A DNA stretch of 64,000 nucleotides from Octopus vulgaris. Taxonomy: Eukaryota. Position 1 is the first letter of the stretch. Every line of letters starts with the position of its first letter. This document shows, piece after piece, positions 26,431 through 40,579 of the stretch. The notes under the pieces were generated by a model. It saw only the letters and a program-made list of their open reading frames with translations. It had not been told where the DNA came from and made no database searches. The stretch lies in NCBI GenBank assembly GCA_951406725.2, contig OX597825.1:73408001-73472000 (forward strand), read 5' to 3'. The translations under genes and the position numbers were made by a program.

Positions 26431-26954
26431 CTATTTTTAGCCAGTTGTGGAAAAGTTTTTGATTTAGAAGGAAATCAGAAACGTCACAATTGGATGAGAA
26501 TCTTCTGGCATTGCTGTCCTCCTTGTATTTCACCTATCTTTAATTTACAGAATTGATTGATCCCCTGTTGGGTCTCTGTCTGCTGTCAATGTGCTTTCAC
26601 TCTGATGGCTTTCACTCTGTCTGACCTGTCCGCAAACAACTGGATGTTGTGGTGCTGCAAAGTTACTTTCCATATTTCATTTTTTTTTCTTCTCATGTAC
26701 AGGTAAAAAATAAATATAGAAAAATGGTTGCTTACTGTCACAACTGATCATTTACACGTACGCACACACATTTACATATGCATGTGAAGACTCAAACACA
26801 GATACACAAATACACATACACACAGGTGTATTTACAAACACATGAACACTCTCAAACACGCATACATATTCTCACATGCACAAGTACATGTGCATACTTA
26901 AAAACAGATGCACAAACACACACACACACATGTACCAATACACCAGAAGTTCGA

Positions 26955-27102
26955 AGAGAGAGGGGAGAGAGAGAGGGGGAGAGAGATTTTAGGATGAGAG
27001 AGAGGGTGAGAGAGAGAGAGAGACAGAAAACAAACAGACAGATAGATTTTAGGGCGAGACAGAGGGTCAGAGAGAGAGAGAGAGAGGGAGAGATAGATAG
27101 AC

Positions 27103-27157
<55 letters not shown>

Positions 27158-27201
27158 CAGACAGATAGATAGATTGATAGATAGGTGGATAGATAAAGGT
27201 G

Positions 27202-27232
<31 letters not shown>

Positions 27233-27412
27233 TTTAGGGTGAGAGACAGAGTGAGAGAGAGATAGAGAGAAGACAAACAGATAGACAGACAGATAGATAG
27301 ATTTTAGGGTGAGAGAGGGTGAGAGAGAGAGAGAGACATACAGAAAACAAACAGACAGATTTTAGGGTGAATCAGAGGGTCAAAGAGAGAGGGAGAGAGA
27401 GAGAGAGAGAGA

Positions 27413-27443
<31 letters not shown>

Positions 27444-27585
27444 TAGATTTTAGTGTGAGAGAGAGGGTGAGAGACAGAGAGAGACAGACAGACAGACAGA
27501 AGGCAAATAGACAGGCAGATAGGTAGATTTTAAGGTGACAGAGAGGGTGAAAAAGAGGGTGAGAGAGAGAGAGAGACAGAGAGTG
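26955..27585. repeat. Compound (GA)n/(GATA)n/(GACA)n region with recurring GATTTTAGGGTGAGA units
   Basis: Directly visible, roughly 60-bp periodicity. Confidence 0.85.
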
Positions 27586-28720
27586 GGGGGTAATACTGAT
27601 TTCCATTGATAGCAATATTTGATTGGAATCAGTGTAATTGATTGGTATTTATTTTATGGATCCCAGAAGGATGCAGGACGGACAGAGATCAAGTGGGATT
27701 TGAACTCAGAATGAAACGCGATGGTGGAAGTGATGTTGCATTACCATAATTGATTGCTGGATTGTTTCACTTTAGTAATCAGGCACAGGTGTGTAGCTTC
27801 GGCATTCGCTTCACAACTCGGTCGTTTCAGGTTCTATCCCATCGCATGGCACCTGAGGCGATTGTTTTCAACCACAACCCCCTCAACCTCCTCTTCCTCC
27901 TCCTCCTACTCCAATTTATCATCACCACCACCATCATCATCATCATCATCATCATCACTGTGATCATCGTCGTCATCATCATCATCATCATCTCCCTCGC
28001 CTCCTCATCTCTATGCAGGCTTATACAGGAGACCCACAACTGCAGTTTCCATCATAAAAAGCATCGCCTGGGATGGATGGATGGTCCTCCCTAACATCTT
28101 CAACACTCACCTCTCATCCCCACCATCGCCTCGCCATCTCCTCCTCGCCTCACCCCTAACCCCCTTGCCCCATCTCATCGTTCACCCCTCTCACCCCTTG
28201 CTCTCCTACTTGTCCCTTCATTCCTCACCCCACTCCCCAGCTTCACTGTTTGTTGGAAATTATTTCTAGGTTTTACGTATGGGTAACATGATGGTGCTTT
28301 AGTTTAATTTTGCTGCCATGTGGCCCTTATTCGAAAGGACCTAAAAGGATTGAATTTTTGGTGTGTGATCCTTAGGTGATTGCTAGTGTTTGATCATTAC
28401 ATAGTTACTTGTGTGTGAACCTTACCTGATCCTTTGACAGTAATTCTTATGGGATTGCTGGTGTGTGATCCTTATTGGATTCGTGTGCAGAATCCATAAT
28501 CAATTGTTCATGATTGATTTTTAATTGAATGTTTCAGGGATACCCAGTTTGGGATATTTACTGAATTATTTTTGTGTGATCCTTAGAGAATCGCTGTTAT
28601 GTGATTCTTAGTGAATCCCTAAAATGTGTCCCTTAGTGTTTTACTTTCATAAACATAAACAAAACAAAAACAACAACAACAACAACAAGAACAACAACAG
28701 CAGCAACAACTTATGGTTAC

Positions 28721-28848
28721 CTGTGAATGGCTTGAAGAAATTTTCTTTGGTGACTCCGAACTCTGCTAGCGTTGACTTTTTTCACAAGTTTAGTGTATTT
28801 ATAAATAAGCCAGGTTTCTCGTAATACATTTGCAGCAGCATTTTTTAG
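28721..28848 (-). CDS. KCNN: SK channel exon: calmodulin-binding domain
   Basis: Translates [42 protein letters not shown](S). 128 nt, acceptor gaaag after a long T/C tract, donor gtaacc; in frame with the 111-nt exon. Absent from the ORF track. Confidence 0.97.
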
Positions 28849-29070
28849 CTTTCATCGGTCGGGGTTAAAAAAAAAAAATAAAAAAAAAAAAGAGAGAAGA
28901 AAAAAAGAAAGAGAAAGAAGAAACAATCTATATAGCAATGTTTGAGTGAAGATTATCATTATTGGTTAATAATCGGTTAGTATTAGAAATTTTTGACATG
29001 TGACATGTATCATGATGGTATTACAATTACACAATATGGTATTGCTCAGACAATATTACTATTATTGTTG

Positions 29071-29102
<32 letters not shown>

Positions 29103-29375
29103 GTTATTATTATTATCATTATCATTAGTATTATTACTCTTTTACTCTTTTACTTGTTTCAGTCATTTGACTGTGGCCATGCTGGTGCACTGCCTTTAGT
29201 CAAGCAAACTGACCCCAGGACTTATTCTTTGTAAACCTAGTACTTATTCTATCGGTCTATTCTGATTATTGTAAAACACTGGGGTCAATGTAATCAACAA
29301 GTCCCCTTCTCACAAATTTGAGGCCTTGTGCCTCCAGCAGAAAGGATTATTATTATTATTATCTTTATTATTATA

Positions 29376-29417
<42 letters not shown>

Positions 29418-29454
29418 GTCCAACCCATGCTAGCATGGAAAGCGGACGTTAAAC

Positions 29455-29488
<34 letters not shown>

Positions 29489-29532
29489 ATTATTATTATT
29501 ATTATCTTTATTATTATTGTTACTATTATTAT

Positions 29533-29750
29533 TAAGGTGGCAAGCTGGCAGAATCGTTAGCATGCCAGGTGAAATACTTAGTGGCATTTCGTTCATCCTT
29601 ATGTTCTGAGTTCAAATCCCGCCAAGGTCGACATTGCCTTTCATCCTTTCAGGATCAATAAATTAAGTACCAGTTGAACACTGGGGTCAATGTAATCAAC
29701 TAGTCCCCTCCCCCAAAATTTCAGGCCTTGTGCCTTTGTAGAAAGGATTA
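29533..29750 (+). mobile_element. SINE S2 with (ATT)n tail
   Basis: Family match. Confidence 0.85.
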
Positions 29751-29767
29751 TTATTATTATTATTATT

Positions 29768-29808
<41 letters not shown>

Positions 29809-30973
29809 CGTTATTATCTTTATTATTATATTAATTTTATGCTGTGTATATTATTGTCGATTAGAAAATAATTTAATTAATACTGAAATACAGTAGCTTA
29901 CGCATAGCTATACGTTTTTCTTGCAGAAAGCGCACTCGGTGAAATTTTACTTTGGCATCGAACAATTAAGTTTAATTTCTAAAGCAACTTTAATTATCTT
30001 GTATACTTAATTAGCAAACTTAATTATCTTAAATACAAACACTACCAAAACCACCACCACCACCACTACCACCACCATTGTCATCATCATCATCATCATC
30101 ACTACTGTTTTAATGTTTAATTTTCCATGCTTGTTTGGGTTGTGTGGAATTTGTTGGGGCAGACTTTTTTCTGCATCTTGGTGCCATTCTTGTTGCCAGT
30201 TCTCGTCTCTTTCCAAGCTAGACATGTTTCCATAGAAGACAGGAAGCAAAGAACACCGCTTGTATGATGGGGATGTGTGTTTACATTCTTTGCAGGATTG
30301 CCAAAACACAAACATAGAAATACACACACACACACCTACAAGGGGTATTGTTCATTTCTTTGGCCATAAGGAAATATTGCTTAGTTTGGTAACAGGTGAG
30401 TGTTGGTGACAAGAAGAGCATCCAGCTGCAGAGAATACGCCTCAATGAATTCTGTCTGATCCATGCAAGCATGGAAAACTTGGAGGTAAATGGCAATGGG
30501 GATTACGATGACAATGCTGCTGATGATGACGATGATGATGATAACGATGATGACGATAACGATGATGACAACAGTGATAATGATGACGAAGATGATGATG
30601 ATGACAACAATGATGACGACAATGATGATGATGATGATAATGATGATGATGAAGAGGAGGATAATGATGATGATGATTATCACATGGTGACAGTGACTAA
30701 GCCTTCTCAAAGAGTAATCCAATAATTCATGGCCACGCATTTTGACAGGGGTGGGCGTGATTAATTAAATCAAGCACCTACATTTAACAAATTCTTTATT
30801 TCATCAACCCCAGAAAAAATGCAAGACAACAATTCCAACTCCCATCGTATTTAACCCCTTTGATCCCAACCTACCTGGAACTGACCCTAGTTTTATGATA
30901 CACACCTCCTGTTTTAGAGTGATTTAAAGTAAGAACCCTTCCATCAAAATTCCTTGTTAATTTTTATTATAAA

Positions 30974-31372
30974 CTAGCAGTATCGCCCGGCGTTGCTCGG
31001 GTTTGTAAGGGAAATAACTATATAAGCATTTTTAGAGAGTTATAACCAAAAAATAGCAAAAGAATGCATTAAAAATGGAAAAAAAAATGATGGTAAATTT
31101 TTTTTTAAATCGTTGACTCACCGTAGACATTTTTAGAGAGTTACTTCCCTTTTTATAATAGTGAAAAAATGCATTACAATGGAAAAAAACGATGGTAAAT
31201 TTTTTTTAAATCGTAGACTCATCATAGACGCGTGCTAATACCCAGAAGGGCTCGATATGAATCACGACTATAAGATACCCGGTTTTGGTTAAACTGCACC
31301 GCAAAATGTGGGAGTAGTTAGGAATCTAAATCGTAGGAGACAGACACACAACTTCACTTTTATATATAAAGA
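30974..31372 (-). mobile_element. Non-autonomous Helitron nested in a piggyBac-like MITE (about 30855-31487)
   Basis: TC...hairpin...CTAG between A and T; MITE sequence resumes on both sides. Confidence 0.8.
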
Positions 31373-32383
31373 TGTCGCCTTAATGATGACAAATTTATTC
31401 TAACAAATTCTATATTAATTTCAAAATTAATTGAAACAAGTGCAGTTTTGTTATCCTATTTCAAGAGAAATATGGTAGCAAAAGGATTTACAAACAAAAC
31501 AAAAGGAGAGATCGTGAAAATGCACAATATTTTGTCTGGCGCTCTACCAATTCAATCATATGTTACCTTTGGTGCTTGAATTATATTGACTGTAGCTGGT
31601 TTAGAATCTGAACAAAAATTTACATCAAGGATGCTTGTATTTAGTTTTTAGACATTTTAGTTATCTAATTATTTTGGTTAATTAGTTATTCAGCATTCTT
31701 TTAAATTTTCTATAGAGAATCACCTTTTTTTTCTTTTCCTAATTTTTAGCACTGTTTATTAAAAATTTTTGAGTGATTTCACTAATGGGTAACATTAAAA
31801 GTCATAATGTTGCTGTTAATTTTGTGTCTTGTCTCAAAATCTTTTATTGAGGTTCTTTATTTTTGTAACTCTTTTTGAAATATCAGAAATCTGATAATTG
31901 ACTGTTGTTATGTTGTTCTCAACTTTTATGGGTTTAATAGGTTAAAAATAAAAAAAAAGGATGTAACATTTGGTTAGAAAATATTTTGAAACACAACACA
32001 AACGAATAGTTTATAATATCGTCTGAAAAGCAGAGGATATTGTTGACTGTCTGCGGTGCTTGCTGTTGATGGTCATTTGGTCAAAGGCTAGTTTTATGAT
32101 CATGTTGTTTGGGATCTGGGCTGAATAGCATGAGGAGAATTAATATCTAGGAAATCAAAGCAATTTTCAGATAAAATAGTTATTATGCTTTAGAAATTCA
32201 CCTGTTTAAGGATAAATAGTTGTGGTGCCTTAAATAAAGACGTATTTAAGGAATAAATGGTTGCGATGCTTTAAAGTTTGTTTTAATGATTTTGTTCCAA
32301 ATGAGGCTTGAGGCCACTGTGGCTCAAGCCAGGACAAAGAATGAAAAGAAGGGAGCCTACAAATTAAAATTAAAAAAAGAAAA

Positions 32384-32546
32384 TGTGGCTGGGTGGTAAG
32401 AAGTTTGTTTCTTGACCACATGGTTCCAGGTTCAATCCTGCTGTGTGACACCTTGGGCAAGCGTCTTCTATTATAGCTTCAGGTTGACCAAAACCATGCA
32501 AGTGGATTTGGTAGATGGAAACCAAAAGAAGCCTGTTGTATATATG

Positions 32547-32579
<33 letters not shown>

Positions 32580-32840
32580 ATGTGTGTGTGTGTATGTGTG
32601 TGTCTGTATCTGTGTCCTCCCCACCACTATTGCTTGACAACTAGTGTTGATGTGTTTATGTTCCTGTAACTTAGCAGTTCAGCAAAAGGGACCGATAGAA
32701 TAAGTACTAGGCTTAACAAAAAACTAAAACACTATATGTACTGGGGTCAATTCATCTGACTAAAACAAATTGTTCAAGGCGGTGCCCCAGCATGGCCACA
32801 GTCTAATGACCACAACAAGTCAAAGATAACAGATAACAGA
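32384..32840 (+). mobile_element. SINE S1 (diverged)
   Basis: Family match. Confidence 0.8.
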
Positions 32841-33521
32841 TTTACAGAAAGCTTAATGGACTGAATATCATAGACCAGAAGAAAAATGGATGATGGGAGC
32901 AAGTTCCAGGGAGCATCTCAAAGAAAGAAGCTGTCAGAATAAAGGGTTTTATGGCTAACAGGAAGCTCAGCTGAGAAAAAATGACCCTTTGGAAGAGAAA
33001 TATGTGACACGTTTTTAAGATACTGAGAGAGGGTACTAATGACCTACTTAAATACGAATCCTTGTGAAACCTTAAATAATGACCTGTATATGGATAAATG
33101 ATTGTAATCAGGGCTGTTTTAGCAGTATCATAAATAAAATAAACTCCCGTTTGTCATGAATGATCATGATATTGCACTTAGAAGTTTCCCCTTTGAGGTG
33201 CAAGTCCGGGCAAGGTTGTTTATGGAAGACCAGCAGTCGCCCAGGCATACCAGCCTCTCTTCTCCATGACCTATTTAAGGATAATTATTATGGCATTAAA
33301 GTAATGACCTACTTAAGGATAAATGATTGTGATCAGGACTGTTTTAGCAGTGTCTTATGCCCCATGCAAATCACTGCACTTGTCCCTCTAAGTACTTATT
33401 CATTTACAACATACTACAACATCGATTAGAACTGAGCCCTTGAACCTGTGAAACCTTTGGGCAATTGTCCAGGATTGCCCTAGTTGTGATAATAACAATT
33501 ATGCTTAAATAATGACCTATT

Positions 33522-33820
33522 TGGAGGTGCAATGGCCCAGTGGTTAGGGCAGTGAACTCGCGGTCGGAGGATCGCAGTTTCAATTCCCAGACCGGACGTT
33601 GTGTGTGTTTATTGAGCGAAAACACCTAAAAACTCCTCAAGGCTCCGTTAGGGGGTGGGGGTGACCCCTGTTGTACTCTTTCACCACAACTTTTTCTCAC
33701 TCTCTCTTCCTGTTTCTTGAGTAACACTGCAATGGACTGGCGTCCAGTCCAGCTGGGGGGAACACATACGCCACAGAAACTGGGAAACTGGGCCCATGAG
33801 CCTGGCTAGGCTTTAAAAAG
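33522..33820 (+). mobile_element. SINE S3-related subfamily
   Basis: tRNA-like head; body similar to 56770-57065 and 60640-61025. Confidence 0.75.
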
Positions 33821-34623
33821 TTGAAAAAAAAAAGAAGAATGACCTATTTAAGGATAATGGTTATGGGGTTAAAATAACGATCTATTTAGGGATAAATGGT
33901 TACAATGCATTGAATGGGGGGTTATTTAATTTAATAACAACATTTTTGTGATGCCTTAAGAGGATTTAATTATTTATACAATATCTTATTTATTAACCAG
34001 TTGTGATACCTTAAATGTTGAATTATTTAATGATATTAGTGTAGTCGGTCATGTGTAGAGAAAGGTTTCACTCTTGATCTGTCTGGATCATAGAACGCAC
34101 TAATTTATTAAATGAGCACAAATACAGATTCTAAAGGTAAGTCGATATTATTGATTTGAATCTTGTATTATAGGGGGCACGCTACAAAGGTATATCTCAT
34201 CAATCATAGAGAGATGAAAGAACAAAGAAACCTATGAGGGATTTTGAACGCAGCAGAAAAAAACAAAAAAAATAATAAAAAAGCAAAAAAAAACCCATAC
34301 TACAAACTAATGCAAGTATACAAACTAAATAAATGTAATGGATCTGCTCCACCTCTTTTGCTCTCCCTCCCTCTCTCTCTTTCTCTGCCATCTCATTTGT
34401 TATAATTGAATGGTGGGATTGTCAAAGCATAGGTAAAAATGCTTTGTCATATTCACTCTAGTTCATTATATTCTATGTTCAAATCATGCTGAGGTCATCA
34501 TTTTGGGGGTTTGATATAATTGAATACTAGTTCAAATACTGGTATCAATTGTATTAACTAGTTGCCCATGTGTCTAAATCAGAAACATTATTATTATCAT
34601 CATCATTATTATCATCATCATCA

Positions 34624-34683
<60 letters not shown>

Positions 34684-35309
34684 TATTACTATCATCATCG
34701 TCGTCATCATCATCATCATCATCATCATCAACACCACCACCACCACAACCACCACCACCACTACCACCACCACCACCACCACCACCACCACCACCATCAT
34801 CATCATCATCTTCAGGTCAAGTAGTGCATCCCACTCAAAAGGTCCCTGAATAAGGGTTGTTTCTGGATGTTGAATGAAACTCCCATGTTTCCAAAGGTGT
34901 ATTTTCTAAACCTCAAAGAATTCCTCTCAACACATGGCTATGATGCTCCCTCACTACTTCTGTTTGTGATCAGAGATGCACATATTATTAGTTTTGACAT
35001 GGTTTTTACAGCTGGATGCTCTTCCAAATGCCATCCATCTTACAGTTGGACTGGATGCTTTTTACATGACACCAGTACTGGCAGGATCTCCAAGTAACTT
35101 GCAAGACTATGACCCTTTGAGAAGAGATTATTTCATTGGTAATTATTTTATCAATCTTGTAGGGATTAAAGGAAGAATCAATCTTAGCAGAATTTGAACT
35201 CCAAATGTAAAAAGCCAGGAGAAATAATGTCAAGAATTTTGTCCAATCCACTAACAGTTCTGCTAGATCATCAGGTAAAGGGTGAAAGGGTCAAGAAACA
35301 TAGGATTGT

Positions 35310-35580
35310 ATGTCCAGGCAAGGTTGTCTATAGAAGACCAGCTGTGGCCCATGGATACCAGCCTCCCTACTCCACACCACTGATGTTATCCTAGGGAAAG
35401 GCAAAGGGGCCGATACAGCTTGGCATCAGTCATGCCACAACTCATTTCTACAGCTGAGTGAACTGGAGTAATGTGAAATAAAGTGTCTTGCTCAAGAACA
35501 CAACACACAGGTCCGGGATTTGAACTCACTACCTCATTATTGCGAGTCCAATGCTCTAACCACTGAGCCATGCACCTTCT
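35310..35580 (-). mobile_element. SINE S3 (CORE-like)
   Basis: Matches 5810-6142. Confidence 0.8.
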
Positions 35581-35722
35581 AAAGAACATCAATAATCATT
35601 TTAATAATTAATTTGTTGGTTGGTTAAAAAAAAGGTCAAGAATCTAATTAAAGATAAAAGGGTAATTCATTTAAAATCTGATATGGACTCAGTGCAAAAA
35701 TGCGAATTGACTTGGAACTTAC

Positions 35723-35833
35723 TCTCTTTGTTAGCTGTGTGTCCATCATGAAGTTGTGCACATGTTTTTCTGCTCGACTGAGTTCCAGCTTCCGTGCAAT
35801 TACAGCAACAACAAGGGCAGTGCATCCAGCGCC
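35723..35833 (-). CDS. KCNN: SK (small-conductance Ca2+-activated K+) channel exon: end of S6 and start of calmodulin-binding domain
   Basis: Translates [37 protein letters not shown], near-identical to the SK-family motif. Acceptor tttcag, donor gtaagt; 111 nt, phase 0/0. Confidence 0.98.
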
Positions 35834-36664
35834 CTGAAATTTAAAGAAAGAACTGCATGAGGACATTTTGAATTTTTTTTTTGTTTTTCATTTCGTTTTT
35901 AAATTCGTTCCTTTCATGCTGGGCCAAAGTATTGTAATGTGCCACGGCCTTTTGAAGTAATTTGTAAGGAACATTGAAATAATATAACATAAATATTGAG
36001 TTATGGATGAATTAACTGCTAAGATTTCTAAAATAAAGTGACATCAGGCATTAAAAGCATCTGTCTGTGATAGAACAGAGAAATACCAATGAGACATAAA
36101 ACATACCATTAAAATAAAATAGAGAAAAGCAAAAGAAACACAGCTAAATTAAATATAAAAAATATAAATAAAATTAAAATAAAGCCTCAGTGTATAGTTA
36201 ATATAATTTATATAGAATAATAAATTGTTAGATCTTAAAAGTTCAAAGCAAAATATTTCAGCATAAAAATTCCTTTATCAAAAACACGAATGAATAAAAG
36301 CAACGTAAAGTAAGTTTATTATATCAGTTGTTTTTAGTCTGCCTTTGGACTTCAGACTCAAATGATTTATCATTAAAATACAAAATTTACAAATTGTATT
36401 AACTACATTGTAAGGTTTTCTTATTCTTTTGTAAATATAGTTTAATAAAATGAATGTTATGACTTAACGGCAGTTTGCGATATTTATTCTAGCTCTCAAA
36501 AACCGTTCTTGGTGGGAAGATGGGTGGGGGTGGTGGTTTCTAAAGCATTTCTGTATAAAACAGAAAACTTTTTGTTTTTTGTTTTGTCTGTCGTTATCTC
36601 AGAACTGTCGTCATCTTTTTCTTTTTTTTATCAATTTTGATAATGTGTACAATCTTCAACTGCC

Positions 36665-37230
36665 AGGTGTTGCTGTATGGCAAGAAGTTTGCTTTCCAAC
36701 CACATGGTTAAGGGTTCAGTCCCACTGCACTGCACCTTAGGCAAGTGTTTTCTACTATAGCCTAGAGCTGACCAAAATCTCATGAGTGGATTTGGTGGAT
36801 GGAAACTGAAAGAAGCCTCTCATACACACACACACACACACACGTGGTTTTCTACTGCTGGATGCTAGGCTAAATCAGACTGGAGTCTGGTGCAGTTTTC
36901 TAGTGTGCCAGCCCAGTCTAACCGTCCAAACCATACCAGCATGGACAATGAACATTAAATGATGATGATGATGATATATATATATATATGTGTGTGTGTA
37001 TGTATATATATATATATATATATCTGTGTTTGTGTTAGTCCCCCACTGCAACTTGACAACCGGTGTCAGTATGTTCACATCTTAGTAACATAGCAGTTTG
37101 GCAAATGAGACCGACAGATTAAGTACTAGGCTTAAACGAAAAAATGTACTAGGATTGATTCATTCGACTAAAGTTCTTCAAAGCAGTGCCCCAGCATGGC
37201 CACAGCCTAATGACTGAAACAAGTAAAAGG
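36665..37230 (+). mobile_element. SINE S1 with an RTE-tail fragment inserted in its microsatellite
   Basis: S1 head and tail are separated by 36845-36975. Confidence 0.75.
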
Positions 37231-37668
37231 TAAAACATAGAAGTTATCTGTAGTTGGGGCTCATTACTGTCCAATTGGTCAACTAGTCAACTGGTCAAGC
37301 TAGTCAAGCTTCGCAATAGCTTCCTTGTTTCTATACAACACTCATCTGGCATCTGCCTCTAGTATTGAAAGATTATTGCCCAAGATTAACATCTTGGGCA
37401 AGTTTCTTCAGTTATTTCCTATGGTTTAGTGAGAAGAGGAAGTGCAGTTCCCACGATTGTCTACAGGGTTCCAGAGCCAAGAGTATTAAGAGGAAAAGGG
37501 GGCAAAAATCAGAATTTAGGGACTAATAGCTTGATAGAGATCCATTTGGAAATAAAGTTTGTCTTGGCATTAAATTACAGCTTAATGTTTAACTCTTTTG
37601 ATGCCAACCCACCTGAGACTGCCTCAAGTTCCATGATAAACTTACTACTGTTTTAAAGTGGCCTAAAT

Positions 37669-38108
37669 CAGTGGTCTCTACCTTTTTCCCTTTGGGCCCA
37701 CTTTTATGATCCCAAAATCCCAGGCCCATTGACCTCTAAACCAGTTGTCCGACCCTAGTTTTTGGAATATAAACCTCATAGAGTAGTAATTGTTTCCACA
37801 AGCCAGCTTCATGTATGGGTACAATCACATCCATTAAATTAAGTTGTTATGTTCATAACAAATTTGTTACGTTTTTGACAAAATTTATGTGTTATGTTTT
37901 TTATTACGTTTTGGAAGTTTATTTATATCTGTAATATTTTGAGATAAAAATTTGTTATATTTTGGAAAAATCTTTTGGCAACACTGGTCAAATCTACAAA
38001 ATGAATACTAAAAACAGCTTGTTTCCAATCCAGAAAATTTCCAAGGCCCTCTCAAAATTTTCTCAGGCATCCTCAAAATTTTCCCAGGCCCAATGTTGAG
38101 AACTACTG
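37669..38108. mobile_element. hAT/Charlie-like MITE
   Basis: Ends CAGTGGTCTCTA / TTGAGAACTACTG; 8-bp TSD GCCTAAAT / GTCTAAAT. Confidence 0.75.
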
Positions 38109-38219
38109 GTCTAAATTATAACTTCCATCAAAATTTTATGCTAAATTATTCCAGACTCCAGCTTAATAATTATAAAGTTATTTTATTAAATTCTTTATTA
38201 TTTTAAAATTTAACTGAAA

Positions 38220-38620
38220 CAGGAGTGGCTGTGTGGTAAGTAGCTTGCTAACCAACCACATGGTTGCAGGTTCAGTCCCACTGCGTGGCATCTTGGGCAA
38301 GTGTCTTCTGCTATAGCCCCGGGCCGACAAATGCCATTTGAGTGGATTTGGTTGACGGAAACTGAAAGAAGCTTGTCGTATATATGTATATATATATATA
38401 TGTGTGTGTGTTTGTGTGCCTGTGTTTGTCCCCCTAGCATTGCTTGACAACCGATGCTGGTGTGTTTACGTCCACGCCACTTAGCGGTTCGGCAAAAGAG
38501 ACCGATAGAATAAGTACTGGGCTTACAAAGAATAAGTCCCGGGGTGGATTTGCTCGACTAAAAGCGGTGCTCCAGCATGGCCGCAGTCAAATGACTGAAA
38601 CAAGTAAAAGAGTAAAGAGT
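38220..38620 (+). mobile_element. SINE S1 (young)
   Basis: Very close to 1160-1576. Confidence 0.9.
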
Positions 38621-39055
38621 ATACGTTAACAGAAATATGGTAACAAGAGGGTTATAACATTAAAAATCAAAAAATAGTGTAGTTTCAGGGAAATTTAGCT
38701 ACTGCTTCTAAATGGTCAAGTGGCCACAAAGAGACTTCCTAATTGACTTGCTTTCAACAATGTCTATTCATTTAGCATGTCACCAAAAGTCTGTCTGCCA
38801 ATTCAGCGCTGATTCTTCTCATAGTGACTAAAATATTCCGTTGACATATTGATTGGCAAATGGAGTTACATGACAGAAATAAAATTGGTCGAATGGAAAA
38901 CAAAAATATCGTTTAGGAAATATGACATGTGCAAACAGTTTTTAGTTCTGCACTGATTATTGTGATGAATCATATAAATTGCTGAGCTGGCTGGCTATGG
39001 AGATATTCGATTGTCGAATATACTATATTTTTGCATTTGCAATATTGTAGTTTGT

Positions 39056-39590
39056 AAGGTGGCCAGCTGGTAGAATTGTTAGCATGCTGAGCGAAATGCT
39101 TAGAGGTATTTCGTAAGATTTTAGGTTCTGAGTTCAAATTCCGCCGAGGTCGACTTTGCCTTTCATCCTTTCGGGGTCGATTAAATAAGCACCAGTTATG
39201 CACTGGGGTCGATATAGTCGACTTAATCCGTTTGTCTGTCCTTGTTTGTCCTCTCTGTGTGTAGCTCCTTGTGGGTAGTAAAGAAATAGGTATTTCGTCT
39301 GTCTTTATGTTCTGAGTTCAAATTCCGCTGAGGTTAATTTTTGCCTTTCATCCTTTTGATGGGGTCAATAAATTAAGTACCAGTTGCATACTGGGTTTGA
39401 TCTGATCAACTGGCTCCCTCCCCCAAAATTTCGGGCCTTGTACCTAGAGTAAAAAAGAATATCCTTCCTTCTAAAAGGCAGTGAGCTGGCAGAAACATTA
39501 GCACGCCGGGCGAAATGTGTAGCCGTCTGCCGTTATGTTCTGAGTTCAAATTCCGCCGAGGTCGACATTGTCTTTCATCCTTTCATCCTA
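39056..39590 (+). mobile_element. SINE S2 tandem cluster
   Basis: A dimer followed by a further head. Confidence 0.85.
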
Positions 39591-40151
39591 GCTGCTGAAG
39601 CAGTCCAAGGTGGTGACCTTTTCCTTTGGATAAACATCAGTGGTATGAAAAAGGGGGAGGCTTGGATGCATGAATAATGGTCAACCATTTTTTTACAGGC
39701 CTACACATGCATTTTCAGATGCACGGTCAATTTTGGCCAACAGTGGTGGTGGTGATGGCAGGGAATGGGGGTGAGATGATGCCCTGATATCACCAATGTA
39801 TGTAATTTTATGGTTATTGTTGTTTAGGTCCAAGGTAGCTTTGACTGAGCAGACATTTATTTTGGGAAGATGAAAATGGAAATGAAGTTAAAATAACAGA
39901 AAGATCAACAACTTAATGATATTTATATTAAATGTAAAGAGTACGACAGGAACCCTGTAGTTTAATTGGTAACACCTTCACCAGGCAGGTGTCACATGTC
40001 TGGCTTTAGTCCAGTCAGATGACTTGTAAACCCTTTGTTGAATCAATTTAGCAATCATCCTCATCGTCATCATCATTGTTGTTGTCATCATCATCATTCC
40101 CTCCATGCTATCACTACACCACTCTCATCATCCTCATCATCCTCATCATCC

Positions 40152-40182
<31 letters not shown>

Positions 40183-40579
40183 TGCTGCCGCTAAAACCAC
40201 CACCACCACCACCACCACAACAACAACCATGACCATGGCGATGATGACGACGATGATCACCACCACCATCATCATTATCAATTCACATCCACATTCCCAA
40301 GCTAGCAACATTTGAATAGGTTTCTTACAGTTGAACTCAGATCCTTATTAGGGGGCACTGCTCTCCTAGACAAGTTGGGTGGGGGAACTATGTCTCGCTC
40401 ATTTGTATTCTACATTTTTTTGCCAGGGTTTATAAAGTCACATGCCCTTCTTATTAACACCTACTCCACAAAGTGTTCAGACCTCATTTTATCATGGCAC
40501 CAGCACTAGAAGGTTGGTCTTGTCCCTGGCAAGACTAAAAGACAACAATTTCCTCTCTACCCCGTATTGTCACCATTTA

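Noticed and set aside
26985-27370. Recurrent TTAGGG
   Set aside because: Isolated hexamers within a GA-rich minisatellite, not a telomeric array.
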